The notes: a model not told the origin generated them from the letters alone. DNA of 58,405 nt, filler included, from Sphacelaria rigidula (GCA_964200075.2; 7 parts of 7 records of this genome joined end to end with filler, not necessarily neighbours in it), one strand, 5' to 3'. Shown: positions 24,774-37,676, counted from the first letter of the whole stretch. Program-made: numbers and translations.

Positions 24774-26269
24774 GGCGCCAGGGGCGAGGTCCGTCTACGC
24801 AAAGTGGTCGACAAATTCCGCAGTTCTTATTATTGAACATCGTTTAGATTCATGTTTTTTTATTGCTGTCATCGTCAATTCATGACGCTCGCACCCTAAC
24901 AACAGCCAATCATCTATGTTGAGGATGGTGCTTGTGATTGAGGATGAGAACCCGGAGGATTAAAATCTTCGTATCNNNNNNNNNNNNNNNNNNNNNNNNN
25001 NNNNNNNNNNNNNNNNNNNTTAATTAATTAANNNNNNNNNNNNNNNNNNNNNNNNNNNNNNNNNNNNNNNNNNNNAGGGAGTGGCGTGCGGGGGGGGGGG
25101 GGGGGGGGGGGGGCGCCGGGCAGAAATGCGGGGGATAAAAAATGAGACGGTATAAAAAATCACGCGGCGTATAACCGGTACATGTCTAGCGAACTCCCAC
25201 GCAGAGGGCGGTGACCTGTTGACCCAATCGGGTATGAGTGATGTGGTACGCGGGTGAAAAAGTGAACGCAAACGTTGCTACCCGCGAGGATGGCAAGATC
25301 GAGGATGTGATTGCGGCCGACTCTGCCTACGACACGAATTCCAGTTATCATCGTGACCATATGGCTCACGTGATCTTTTCGTCGGACTGGTGTGATGTGA
25401 ATCCATTTCATCTTTGTATCATGACGCTACGGTTAGCCTCAAGATTGAGGTAAAACCTCAGCCAAACAGGTCACCTCCTCCATCGTTTTCTGGGGATGTG
25501 AGAGGTGAGAGCGATATCATCAGGGCCCTTCTCTTCCGGGTGTCGCTATTGCTATCTGCGCGACTACTCCCATTTTCGACGGGTACGTGGCTTCGCGCCG
25601 AGTAAACAATAGTGGAGGGTTGGCTCAGAGGGATAACTGGCATGTTCGTTAGTCTCGCTCACAGTTGAACAGCGACTTCAACGTCAAAATCATCATCGCC
25701 GACCCTGCACCTCCGAAACCATTTCCACAGACGGAACGAATGCGAGTGCAACACAGACGAGTGTACAATCCATCTACTGCCCCGGCAGTGCGACATGTCA
25801 CACACCCCTGCGCAGGTGAGGGCAACTTTTTTCGCACCAACACGGGAGATTCCGACGAGGCGACAGCTCCTACCAGGCAGCGAACTGTAGATGCAACCGA
25901 GTACGTGAGCACAAACCGTCCAAATCAACGAGTAGGGGAAGTGCGACGGCAGCCCAATCATCATCAGGCACTGCACGGGACCGATACAAGACTCCCGTGT
26001 TCAACGCGAGGATGTGCCTCTCCGGGCAATATGTACGTTGTTGGAGAAAGTGGGGCGGGCAGACCAGGCCAGGATCGTTGCTGGGCGCGCGAAGAAACTC
26101 AAATACGCCTCACCTTGACCGATGAAATAAAGGCAGTTGTGATCAATCACAGCGAAGCGGATCAGCCGTTTCTAGTAGAAGAGTCTACACTGGCCGTGTC
26201 TCTCACGAGAGCCAAGCTTGCGACGAGACTAAGCGCCTGCGTTCAGAGTAGCTGGTTATGTGACATCAC

Positions 26270-26475
26270 TTCCGCATTCGCCTCTTTCTGTTCCATCCCC
26301 GTTCAGCAACACCCGCTCATTGCTGGTCGCGAGACGTTGCCACGAAAACAGCGCACAGACTCACCTTCAGGAGGCCAAGTTGATGTCGTCGATAAGTACC
26401 CACCCACTCTCTCTGATTGCTTTCACCAGTACCTCCTTCACGAAGGAGAACGCAGACGACCCCTCCACACCCATC
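26270..26475 (-). pseudogene. Midasin (Rea1/MDN1) AAA-domain fragment, degenerate
   Basis: Exon 26365-26475 (tag acceptor, GTGAG donor) reads MGVEGSSAFSFVKEVLVKAIRESGWVLIDDINLAS*, matching the midasin F.F.EG.LVKA.R.G.W.LLDE.NLA motif. It is followed by QRLA...TERGE and carries an in-frame stop and a DE-to-DD Walker B change. Confidence 0.7.
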
Positions 26476-29050
26476 CTAACATGATCAAGGACAGAATTAG
26501 CAAGGTAGCATGACGCCTCGGTTGAGACGACCGCTATGCCGGATCTATCATCCGCGATACCAGTTTACTGCAGTGTACATCCAGATTCAGATGTGAATGA
26601 AAGGCCATCCGGGGAAACGAGATATGTTGGGCTTCAGCACAAATTATGATGTCTTCCTCCAGCCACTACGGGCAAGATTCAGTTCTCAAACTTTAGTTGG
26701 AATCATTAGCCCGGCTCTCGTCCCCACTGACTACCGCGTACCTTCAGGTTTTCACTACTCGACTCTCACGATCACGCACATGTTCCGTTTTCATTTTACG
26801 GTGTCCGTAACAGCATCTGCCTGCCTTCAAGCTGGAACCAACAGATCGATGGAGCGTAGCAGAGAGCCGACGTCAATCTTGAGGTTTACTTATGCAGACG
26901 TCCTTCAACTTGAGCTACTACCGTGATGTGTTAAGTCACTTCCCAGAAGTATTTCCCTGATATTTGTGCGGTATAACCAGAATGTCGCCTCAGGCGAGGC
27001 CACTTTTTCGCGTCTCTGCCTTCCCGCGTCGTGTGCGACCATCTGGCGGTTGCCGCACATTTTCACGACGATGGGATGGACATGCGCATTTAGACGTATC
27101 TGGCGTGATCGCCGAGGTACAGGGGGGCGTTTCAATTCGGCACAATGCAAATCAAGCGTACGCTACTACACCATGAGCCGTCGAAACCAACTATGAACCA
27201 CCACCTGCGCAAAAGTGGTCGGCGGGCGCTCAGTTTGCACGCGGCACAGTGCGCATGTTGCGTGCGGTACCCTGTTCGAAAGCAGTGTGGAAACCCTGTA
27301 GGAGACAGAGTAACGGTAGACTACATGCACAGGGCGGCAGTAAAACGCAGTTCCGGCCAGATCGACACGTGGACAGGGGACCAACAAAGTGCGTCACCAT
27401 GGCACTTACGCGGATGGAAGGCGGGAACGGGATCCAAGGCCAGCTACAGCAAATCGCTCGGCAGCTACAAGCAGTGCATCAACGGGGGGCAACGTCCAGT
27501 GGTCTTCACCACTCTTGTAATAGTACGATGCAACCAAACCCAGAGTGAGCTGACGCTCTGCAGTCAGAATAGCACAGTCGCCTCACTAAAAACAAGTAAA
27601 AAACGCAGAAAAATGAAGGGCAAGTTACTGGCTGTAGCTTGAGGAAAACACATCGCCAGCCGACACAGACACCTCCCAACCAAGCAGGAAAAGGTCCGTT
27701 CATCGACGCTTATCTCAGCTCGTGTTTGAATAGTAACGATTTGGACTCCATAATGGTAGGATGGCTAATGCACTGGCTGAAGTCTTACCGTACGAGTACT
27801 GGCAGATACCACTGGTACCCGCCAACCAGCCTCTCACGTGGGCACACACACGACTTATAGCTGTACATCAATAACAGCCACAGAGTAGGTTTGTTACTGT
27901 GTCAACGCTGACTAGGAACTCACGTGTTTGCTCAGTGTCATTTCTATGTGCAGCCACAGGAGCAGGGCGTCGTGATGGATCAGAGTAGACGAAGGCGAGG
28001 CAGTAACTGTTCGGAGTGGGTGGACCCGACCTCTGGCAAACCTCTGGCTGCGTCTGAACAATCCTCACCAATGACAATAGCAAACGCAGTAACGACGCAT
28101 CACGGAATCTAGGGTCTCTCGAGCAGACCCGTACATCGTAATAAATTGCTATGAAACCTAGGTTTATCACAACATGCGCTCTGCGTTGTGTTTGAAGCAC
28201 CGTTGCAGCATCTTCTCCATCACCATCACTGCCATCCTGTCTACAGTGCAGTGCAGTCACCATGTCCGTCGTACAGTCAGTACAGTACATCATCCAAGGT
28301 TACGGGGTACACGTGAAGTTGAACTTTGACCGCGAGAGTAGGTGACCATGCTGAATCGGCATCGATCTTCACTTCAAAATAGACGACGTGATCCAGATGG
28401 ACTACCGGCATCGCAGTCTAGGGTAAGAGGTGCGAGATGTAGCGTGAAAGGAGTGTACAACCGTCGACCTTCACACAGATATAAAACAAGAAAACTTAAA
28501 ACGTCGACTGCCGAAATATCGCATAGAGAACAACTCCATCCCGGAGTACCTCGAGTATCGATAGTCAAAATAGTATTTAGAAATACCCAAAACCGTACAG
28601 TAGTGTGTCGGCTGCCGACACCGGCAGTATGAAGAGCACTCCAGACTGTGCTGTTACAAGGGTCTTCGAACCCTCTCACCTGTCTGCATAATGCCCGCTC
28701 AGTCCAAAGTAACACGAGTACCAGTAACCACATTCCTGCTGACCACACTGACCACTAACTGACCACCACAAGGTAGCCAATTAGCTGCCTGGAAATTGTC
28801 CCATAGTCCTTTCTTCATGTATAGGAAATTTGAGTATAGTATTGATTGCCACCGCGCTCCTGTGGGTCAAGCCCCCACAATCTCGGATTACACTCAAGTA
28901 AAATGTCGGGCATGCGGGAGCGCTCACGCAAAAAGTTGCGAGTCGAAGGTGGATGTTTGAGATTCTCTTCCGATACTGGCCAAGACAGACGGGCAAAATA
29001 CCCCCAGTGTTGCTCCTGCCATAAACGCCTTTTCTTCCCTCATCGACGGT

Positions 29051-29067
29051 GGTGTTGAGTAAACACC
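29051..29067 (-). promoter_or_regulatory. Histone 3' stem-loop downstream of H2A
   Basis: Sense strand AAAACCCT-GGTGTT-TACTC-AACACC-ACC, about 84 nt after the stop; identical to the H2B element. Confidence 0.75.
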
Positions 29068-29150
29068 AGGGTTTTGTTTCGCGGATATGCCTCACAGCGG
29101 GCGCAGGGTGAGTGATCGAGCTTGGCACGACGATCAGAGCAGGGACGCGC

Positions 29151-29528
29151 TCAATCCTTCTTCACGACCTTCTTCGGCAAAAGGACAGCGTGGATGTTGG
29201 GCAACACACCGCCCGATGCGATCGTCACCTCCCCGAGCAACTTGTTCAGCTCCTCGTCGTTACGCACCGCCAGCTGGATGTGGCGGGGCACGATACGGGC
29301 CTTTTTGTTGTCACGAGCGGCGTTGCCAGCCAGCTCCAGCACCTCGGCGGTCAGGTACTCTAGTACAGCCGCCAGGTACACCGGGGCGCCAGCCCCCACG
29401 CGAGACGCGTACTTGCCCTTCTTGAGGAAACGACCGATACGGCCAACAGGGAACTGCAGACCAGCCTTGGCAGATCTGGTCATCGACTTCTTGGCCTCGC
29501 CGCGTCCGCCTTTCGCCTTGCCAGACAT
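29151..29528 (-). CDS. H2A: Histone H2A (125 aa, intronless)
   Basis: Canonical [13 protein letters not shown]...[53 protein letters not shown]...GGVLPNIH; no C-terminal SQ motif. Confidence 0.99.
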   Translation of the reverse strand: MSGKAKGGRGEAKKSMTRSAKAGLQFPVGRIGRFLKKGKYASRVGAGAPVYLAAVLEYLTAEVLELAGNAARDNKKARIVPRHIQLAVRNDEELNKLLGEVTIASGGVLPNIHAVLLPKKVVKKD

Positions 29529-29879
29529 GATTGAGAGGTAGTAGTTACTGATGTGCAGTCCGAGGGGTTGCAGTTGAGTAGATGTTGTTGTGGCACAGGA
29601 GGATGTTGCCTCGCTGCATTCGGCAGGAGCAAGAACCCGCCAACGGGTGATGAGAAAATTTGAAAATTTGAAAATTTGAAAACGCCTTTCATGGAACAGC
29701 TGTTACATCGCTGATTGAGCACACCCACACACATGAGGTGTGAACAGGAACATCGAAACACACACGCCTCCTTCATGGCAAATTTTGAATCCGGACCGTT
29801 GCACTGGCGCTCACACCCACGCCTCCAAAGTACATCTCATCATACTTAACTGTAGATATCGATCACATCAGGAGTATAA
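29529..29879. promoter_or_regulatory. Bidirectional H2A/H2B promoter and 5' UTRs
   Basis: 351 bp between divergent ATGs. TTTGAA at 29659, 29667, 29675 and 29784; CAACGG at 29641 and its complement CCGTTG at 29796. Confidence 0.7.
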
Positions 29880-30230
29880 ATGGCCAAGACACCGTCGAAG
29901 AAGTCTGCTAAGGCCCCTAAAAAGGCAGGAGACAAGAAGAAGAAGGCAAAAAAGGTGGAGTCGTACTCGTCGTACATCTATAAGGTGCTCAAGCAGGTGC
30001 ACCCCGACACGGGTATCTCGAAGCGCGGCATGTCCATCATGAACTCGTTCATCAACGACGTGTTTGAGCGCGTGGCGGGTGAGTCCGGCAAGCTGACCCG
30101 GTACAACAAGAAGTCCACCCTGTCCTCTCGCGAGGTGCAGACGGCCGTGCGCCTGATGCTTCCCGGAGAGCTGGCGAAACACGCCGTATCAGAGGGAACG
30201 AAGGCTGTAACCAAGTTCACCTCGTCTTGA
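29880..30230 (+). CDS. H2B: Histone H2B (116 aa, intronless)
   Basis: Canonical [21 protein letters not shown]...[11 protein letters not shown]...[35 protein letters not shown]. Confidence 0.99.
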   Translation: MAKTPSKKSAKAPKKAGDKKKKAKKVESYSSYIYKVLKQVHPDTGISKRGMSIMNSFINDVFERVAGESGKLTRYNKKSTLSSREVQTAVRLMLPGELAKHAVSEGTKAVTKFTSS

Positions 30231-30333
30231 AACCGATACTAACACTGCGGTGTGGTGGACAGGTGTCTGCGGTGTGCTTCTCTCAGCACTACACTTTCAG
30301 GTGCCTCCATCACGAAACTGACCAAAAAACCCT

Positions 30334-30350
30334 GGTGTTTACTCAACACC
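30334..30350 (+). promoter_or_regulatory. Histone 3' stem-loop downstream of H2B
   Basis: AAAAAACCCT-GGTGTT-TACTC-AACACC-ACCCA, about 104 nt after the stop. Confidence 0.75.
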
Positions 30351-33300
30351 ACCCACATCCCAGACGAAAAACTGCCCTCGTGAACTCGGGAGTGCGTCAC
30401 CTGCGCCAGACTGGCTCCTGAGGAGGGAGGAGACGCCAACGGAAGGCCGCCGGCACCTCGTGTCGATGCACTAGGGACCCGCGTCCCGACAGGTACGAAG
30501 AGATGCCCGTGTCGTTGGCGTTTATACTCCAGCTCAATGCTGCATTGCGAGTTCTGCTCTGAGAAGGAGTGACCAGAGTGAAGTCATGAATGATACACGT
30601 CGGGATATTGCGGGCACGACTGCCCTGCGCTGAGGGGTGAAAGCTGGACGATGCGCGATTTCACCGATCAGTTTGAGTCGTTCTTTTTCATGAAATTGGC
30701 TCGAGATCAAGGGTATACCATGAAATTGACTTCAAGTGACATGGCCATCGATCGGCAGCTCTCTCTGGTATCCTCGGCAACGTACATCGATGAGACCACT
30801 TTCCCACATTTTAGTCCCTGCAGCAGTCTGTTGGGACCGACGAAATGTGTTGATGGATAGTTGTCCACATCTTGCGATGACTGCAACGGCCATCGATATA
30901 CCTCGTGCCGGACCTACTGATGTCGACGATGGCTTTTGACAGATTTTACACGACTTTTCTTGTCTAGGCTGCACCTTCATCGCAATATACTCATACAATG
31001 CCTGCCAGACAGGAATACAGCATACACTACCCCCGATACCCTCATTTTTGGTTGGCGAGAGGGGAGGGGGGATACTCTTTTTGGGAGGACTGGAATGACA
31101 ACTGTGACTTCTTGACTACCTTTTTGAGCGACAGCATCTTCGCGAGATTCTCTTTTGTGGCTCCTACCCATGTTGCCTACAGTAGTATGCCGACCTTTCG
31201 AGATTCCCCCCAACACGAATGCCTACGCGGGCACCAGGTGATGCATTCTTGAAACGTCCATGATTGGCTGACAACCATGAAAGTACTGTCGGAACATTTT
31301 ATGCGGGTAACGTTCTCGGAACGCTTTCCCCTGATTTTTAGAAAAAATCGGGGGAGGTCGTTTCGAAATCGTGACTTCCCCCGAATTTTTTGGGGTGACG
31401 TACGTGCATTGACGTGCATCGCTAGAGTACGAGACGTTTGATACTTTTTCATCGGCAGCAGAAGACAGTCTCGTGACAACATAGGGCGTGCGTACTGCCG
31501 CCCCCAGCTGCTGGAGCGACTTCGCACGGGGTTTGACGAGCGGATCGTGAGTGCTGACGCCATACGCTACGGCAATGGTTATGTTTTATACTGGGCTGCG
31601 CTGCCATACGCATCACTATAATGAACGCTACTGTACTCTCCAGCTCTTGTCGGTGTGCTTGAGGTATGACCTGCGGCACTGCACTGCCGAACTCTGCTCG
31701 CGCACTGTGTTGTTCTCGCCATACCGACTGTGCCATCATGTGCCACCACAGGGCGTTGTCATGTACTGTACTGATGAGGTGTCCTGCACTGTATTACCCT
31801 ACTAGAGTATCGAGGTACGACACTGTACTCGAAGGATTGATTACCGTCTGCCTACTCGTCGGCTTCATGCACGAGTACGCAGTCTACCACACTAATGCAA
31901 AGAATAACCCATTTGTGCACAGAACCGTTTCACAAATGTGTGATGGTGTATCGCCTGTACCATAAAACGGTCCCCCCGATTTTGAATTCACGAATTTGAG
32001 TCTCCCCGATTTTTCGAAAATAGGGTCCCAGAAATCGAGATTCGTTTGCCATAAAAGTGGGTCTGAACACGTGATGTAGCACAGCTTAATTGTGGGTCGT
32101 TCTCTACGATGCACAAGACGTATGCACGAGGACTCACTCCTTGTTCTGCCCCCCACATTTTTCCTACCCTGTTCGGGAACTTTTAACGATTTCTCGATAC
32201 AGAGTTCCACAAATGTTTGGTCTCCGAAAACCCACGGAGTAAACAAAATAAACGTGGGGAAAAGAAGGTGGCGTCTTAACACATTCATCTTACACATTTT
32301 GTCGAAGTTTCATATCAAACGACCCAAAATTGGGCTGCTGAATCGCGTGTTCGGGTCGAAGCCGGTTCCTATGTGGAGATTTGCCAGTCACGAAAAAATG
32401 GAACGTGGTGATGCTGCTCAATTTCAAGTATTTTTCCACGACGTTTTGACCCGATGCGCATGACGTATGTTGTGAAATCTCTTCTAGCCCCACTGGAGAT
32501 TTTTTCGGGTTGGGGACCGTACCAGTGCTTATTGACACTATTCCTGTACTGGCAGTTCTCCTGTACTGCGTCAGAGGTTGCCAGTACAGCCAGTACATAC
32601 CCATCTCACGTACGTTCTGTGTTATGCCTCCTGAACCGCATGGAGACCCACCGACACTGCGCCGCATGAGAGGCAGTAGAGGAGAGTTTGAGAACAGGGC
32701 ACACACACACTATAGGGAGACCACAAAATCGATGGACCAACATGTCACTAGCATCAGCAGCCCGCCCGCTTAGACCCGAGCCCGGGGCCTCAGATCCCTG
32801 AACCCGCCGCGGGCTCCAGCGAATCACGATTTGAGTTTTTCTCTGGGTATACTGACAACTACTTGAAGAAACGTCCTCACACCCGGGCAGGCATCATCGG
32901 AGTGGCCCAAAATCACCAAAAAAAAGTCTTCTCGTGAAGCCAAATCGCGCAAAAATACGCCTCCAGCGGCCCCCCCTCACCAGCCGGGGGGGGCGGTGAT
33001 CGCGGCTGCGCCGCGACACCAATGTACTGATAGGACCTAGTAAACTGGCTGCTCTCCGCAGCCAGTTCACCTGGTACTGGCGCGTAGCGCCAGTCGCCAA
33101 CCCCTAAGATTTTGTTTTCCTTTCAATGAGTTGTCGACGCTTTTGTACGAGTAAAAATTGTTCCGAAATCTAGGTCACTAATAACTCACGAGAAAGAATG
33201 AAAAAGAAGAGGGGGGAACGGTAGGAGCGTCACATATACCCGGTGTATATCACGTCAAGTTTTCATGGTAGGAGCTGGGCCAGCCTAGAGGCTGCATGAA

Positions 33301-33433
33301 CGTTTGCAGGCGGATGCGCCGGCCAATATTTGGNNNNNNNNNNNNNNNNNNNNNNNNNNNNNNNNNNNNNNNNNNNNTTAATTAATTAANNNNNNNNNNN
33401 NNNNNNNNNNNNNNNNNNNNNNNNNNNNNNNNN

Positions 33434-33482
33434 AACATCAGAAGGTTACGAGGTTACCAACTGAGCCACCGGGGCGACCGGC
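33434..33482 (-). mobile_element. 5' head of SINE family 2, cut by the contig end
   Basis: Reverse complement gccggtcgccccggtggctcagttggtaacc matches the heads of the 24395 and 55199 copies. Confidence 0.65.
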
Positions 33483-33623
33483 TAGTGGTCTACAATATTG
33501 TGCCGAAACACATCACTAGCACAGCTACATCCACCAGCACTTCTCGACACCATCAACATTATCCCTCCCCCAAACCAATTCTGGGTCAAACATGCCACTG
33601 ACAGGGTATCGGGTTTGTATGCC

Positions 33624-33833
33624 TCAGGGACTCGGGAGTTTAAACTGGGCCACGTTTTTTGTTCTAACCCAAGCCCAGTGCACCCCTTCGCCATGCTCGT
33701 CGACAAACTCCATACTCTTCTCGAAGCTGGTGAATGACGTATCTTTCTTCTTCGTCTTCACCCCATCAAACTCGAAGCGCTTGATCACCTCCTTGAGCGA
33801 TTCATACTGAAGTCCGTCAAGTGGAGCAGGCCT
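33624..33833 (-). CDS. ROCO gene, terminal exon
   Basis: gcag acceptor, 210 nt, RPAPLDGLQYESLKEVIKRFEF...FEKSMEFVDEHGEGVHWAWVRTKNVAQFKLPSP*; phase 0 joins the previous exon. Not called in this frame by the ORF track. Confidence 0.8.
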   Translation of the reverse strand, partial: RPAPLDGLQYESLKEVIKRFEFDGVKTKKKDTSFTSFEKSMEFVDEHGEGVHWAWVRTKNVAQFKLPSP

Positions 33834-35285
33834 CTGCTAACGATGTATGGCAACGCCGGGGGAATGGGAGCGCAAGGGCAAGATACAGCCAACAAAACTG
33901 TGAGTAAGATGGAATTGTAGACTAATGAATTCAGCAGCCATTCCTACCTGTGGTAATTGGTACCCTCCTCAGGGAGAGAACGCCCTGCAAGACTTGTTCT
34001 CGGCATGTTGCGACACGCAACTACATCCATGAACCGGAGGGTGGGTATTGCTAAAAAGCGCTGTTGACGAAGCTCGTCGGGGTTTGGGATATTGTCCGCA
34101 GTTTCAGGGAAACAAGGAGTACTGGACAACTCGAGTGCATATGAAACCCCCTACAGGGGAGATGCTGTGGACAAATGATCCTAATCTTTGGGTGAGGGTA
34201 ACCGATAGGGAGCCATGTCATCACACGCCAAACACATCGAGATGCACGGGGAATGAAGTATCCGGGCACTTTCCGTCGAGATCACTACGAACGCGTGTGT
34301 CATCGTGCGCTGGTCGTCAGCAGCGCGGGCGCTTCCATTCATTCGGTATTTCAACATCAGCCTACTCGTGCTGCTACGAATACCCCGCTCTTTCGATTTT
34401 TTCCGTTCCGGCAAACCACACCCATGCTGCCCACAAAATCTGTTGGCGTGGCTGTCACGGGTTCAAGGGGTGGGCGTCTTGCCGCCACGGGTCGATTGAT
34501 TGTCGTACATTAACTGATCCCCCGGGAATCCAGACGTGCTGATGAGATGAAGGTACCGAAGGCAAACGGCACGAAAACACTCACTGATGTAAAGGGAACA
34601 CGGGGGGGAAAGAGGAGAGGCAGAGCAATAAATACAACAACGCAGAGAAGGAAAGAAGTAGAAACAATCACAACAACAAGAGAATGCAGCCGATCTCCAT
34701 TACTTAAAATGATCGGCTGAAAAGAAAGACGGCCGACCGTTGCATCTTGGGTCATACTTGTACTTCACCTCCTGAATCACCTGAACCGAGCTTGGGAAAT
34801 CTTTCACTGAGGCCGTACGTAGTATTTGCGTCCTTACTGAGCCTGCATCCATCCTCGTTCGTCATGACAGGTAGATCACATGCGTACTTATGTGCTGCAT
34901 GTTCGCGGCAGCGCGAACATCCCTTCAACTACTCGAGCCTGTATCAAAGTGATACTTCAAGCTCAGGTATCTTGTTTTTAAAGGTAGTAGTTGCCAGGTC
35001 AACTCTCGAGTGCTGGTTGTAACTCGAGCGTTTACGTTAAATATACTACTTTACCACACCAAAAGAGTAGACTCAAACCACGGTGAATCGCATTGGATAG
35101 CTGAAGGAGCAAAACTTGGAAGACTTCATCGCACCTGCCACAATATGGCCCACTCGTCCCGAACACGACACTTACATCAATGGTTACTGCGAAAATGTCT
35201 AAATTCCAGCGAGTCATCACGAGGGTATGGCCAGTAGTGAACTTGAATCATATCCATTACTCGCTTCAGATCGAAGTATGCCTAC

Positions 35286-36095
35286 CTTTGGCTCCTCGCT
35301 CAAGTGTTCCAGCTGCTGTCCGTCGGTGCCACTCTCCAGACCACCCCTCCCAACGGCTGTCACCCCATCCACAGCTGCAGCCCCTGATTCCTCGACGATA
35401 TCCGATATCGCGCCTCCCAAGGAGTCGCCGAAGGCAGCGTCGATTGCGTCCGTAGGAATGAACAAACCGGTGCAAACCTTGAGCGTTATACTCGCAAGGG
35501 CCAATGCCACCTTTGCAAGCGGCATTGCCTTCGCCGCCCACTCCCTCAGCTGCTTCACCTTGTATCCCTGACCGTTAGGTCCGCACTCGGCGAGACTGCA
35601 ATCATGGGTGCAGAGAAAAAACAAGCGCAGTTTTCGGTTGACGATGCACCCACCAGCCTTCTTGCCGTTGCGCCATCGTTTCCCACTAACGTTGCCCCCA
35701 CCAGCCGTTTTGCCGTCGCGGCACCAAGCCTTCAGCCGGCCAGACCAGCTCAACAAGCTTCTGTCGTCATCGTTGAGAGTGCCCTCGTGTTTTGGCAGGA
35801 GACATACCAAGCGAGGGACGGGCCACCTCAAGCATGCTACATCCAACGACACGTTCCGCAGTAGTTGTCGATCCGAATCTCTCAGACCACCGTCCGAGAT
35901 GCGGTCAATCTTTGATCCAAGCTCGCGCACCAACATTTCCACCTTGGCGCCAAGCGGCTGCGGGTAGCCTTTGTTCAGGTGCAAACCGTCGAGGTTTCGA
36001 ACCAGAGTGTCGATTTCCTTGCCCACTTGTCCCCGCTCATGCATCCGGCACGCGTCAAGAATGGGACCCAGTTCAACCTCGAGATCTTGCTGACC
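35286..36095 (-). CDS. ROCO gene exon (post-COR coiled region and C-terminal domain)
   Basis: 810 nt, cacag acceptor and GTAGG donor; GQQDLEVELG...PVPRLVCLLP...KLRLFFLCTHDCSLAECGPNGQGYKV...EEPK. Confidence 0.88.
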
Positions 36096-36800
36096 CTGTG
36101 AAGGTGAGTGGCGGAACACGAAGAAAGATCGAATTAATATTCGTGCTGAGGAGTACCTTTGATCGTTTTCCACACATGTAGCTATAAACCACCAAGACAA
36201 TTCCGAAGTGTCACAATTGGTGAAGGTGAATGACGAACCGCCAACCAGGACGACCGTCAGTGAAATACGTAGCATGACCCGACCACAATCGTTCTTTTAA
36301 TATACGCAAACGTTTGGCGCAATCAAACACCAGCCGAATTCAGGTCCGACATGACCGACCTCGAGACTGCGGGCTGATTGAGAGTAAGATATCGTTATAA
36401 ACCCATTTTATTTTGGTGCCACGTATAATCGGAATCGGCACTTGCGATGCTGGATACTTGCAACCCTCTCAACGTAGACAGGGCGAGAGGGTGACTACGA
36501 CACTAATTTAATAGTATCGACTGCCGGTTGCACGCACTAGGTATAACACAAGGGCGAACATACATTTGTGGAATACACCCGGAGAACAGTATCGTTCCAC
36601 CGTTTGACTTCGGTTCACCTCCATCCACCCCCGCACACTACTCTGACGGACGTGAACAGAACAGCATGGCCTTTACATACACTCGGGCGACGCCTGAGAC
36701 ATGACCGCCGTTCGACAGTGGTATACGCACCACAACCCAAGACATCGACAAAGAGGTAGGACCATGCATCATCACTGCAAGCAATCCCACCACGACACAC

Positions 36801-37676
36801 CTCCCCGATGCGTTCCAGATGCTCCTTGAGATTGTCCAAGCTATCTTGCCAAGCCGGCACGCCAAACATGTACTGAGGCGCTTCCGATGCATCAAACTGC
36901 AGTCCAGGGTATCGCCACTTGAGTAACTTGACCAGGGCATCTCTCACATCACACCCGGGTTTGTTCACCGCCACGGTGGTGTTCCCTGCGATATCGATCT
37001 CAATCCTGCAGGGCAGGTCGTCATGGGGATCATGTAGACAAACCAGGTACTCCAGACCTCCCATCGCAAACGTCGCTCCTCTGTTCCAGCACGAGTGGAA
37101 GTCGATATTAGTTATGTCGCAGAAAGTCCCAAGGAATTGAGCAACAAGCCCGGCAGGCACGTATTTGCTGAAAACTTCCACGATGATCTGCATCCGGACA
37201 CCATGAGAAATGAACGTCTTCAATTGCAGAAGAGCGGCTTCGCCGACACGAACCGGCAGACGTGCTGGCACCATGAGCTCATCGCCATCAGCGACGACAC
37301 CGCGAGCGCCATGATCATCGTTAACGAGAGCGCAACGAAACATCGCACCGTGAATCGCCATGGTCGAGATCATACGATCGATCACGTCTTTGTTGTCGGG
37401 CTCGACTTCTTTACGCCACAGAAATCTGACGTAAGGCTTGGTGAGTCTGCCGGCGTTGACAAACTTCCTGTGTACAGCCACCAGCTCGTCGAAAGCAATC
37501 CGTTTCTCACGACAGTACCCCATCAACTGCTTTTTCCACCAGCTAGCCTTGGTTGGATCAACCAGGTCATGGTCCAGCAGGGCTCGCAGCAGAACGTTAA
37601 TCCATGATGGGTTGAGATGCACTAACCCACACGTCACCAGCATCGTGCCCCCGATTTCGCGCATTTTCAGCGCCGC
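36801..37676 (-). CDS. ROCO gene exon (COR domain)
   Basis: 876 nt, ttcag acceptor and GTGTGT donor; AALKMREIGGTML...VHLNPSWINVLLRALLDHDL...GRLTKPYVRFLW...ELMVPARLP...YVPAGLVAQFL are COR motifs. Confidence 0.9.

Noticed and set aside
25665-26513. 282-aa plus-strand ORF
   Set aside because: Non-ATG start, no recognisable domain, and it overlaps the antisense midasin fragment.
30860-31560. Gene downstream of H2B
   Set aside because: Coding-like patches are interrupted by stops and frame changes, and no family was recognised.
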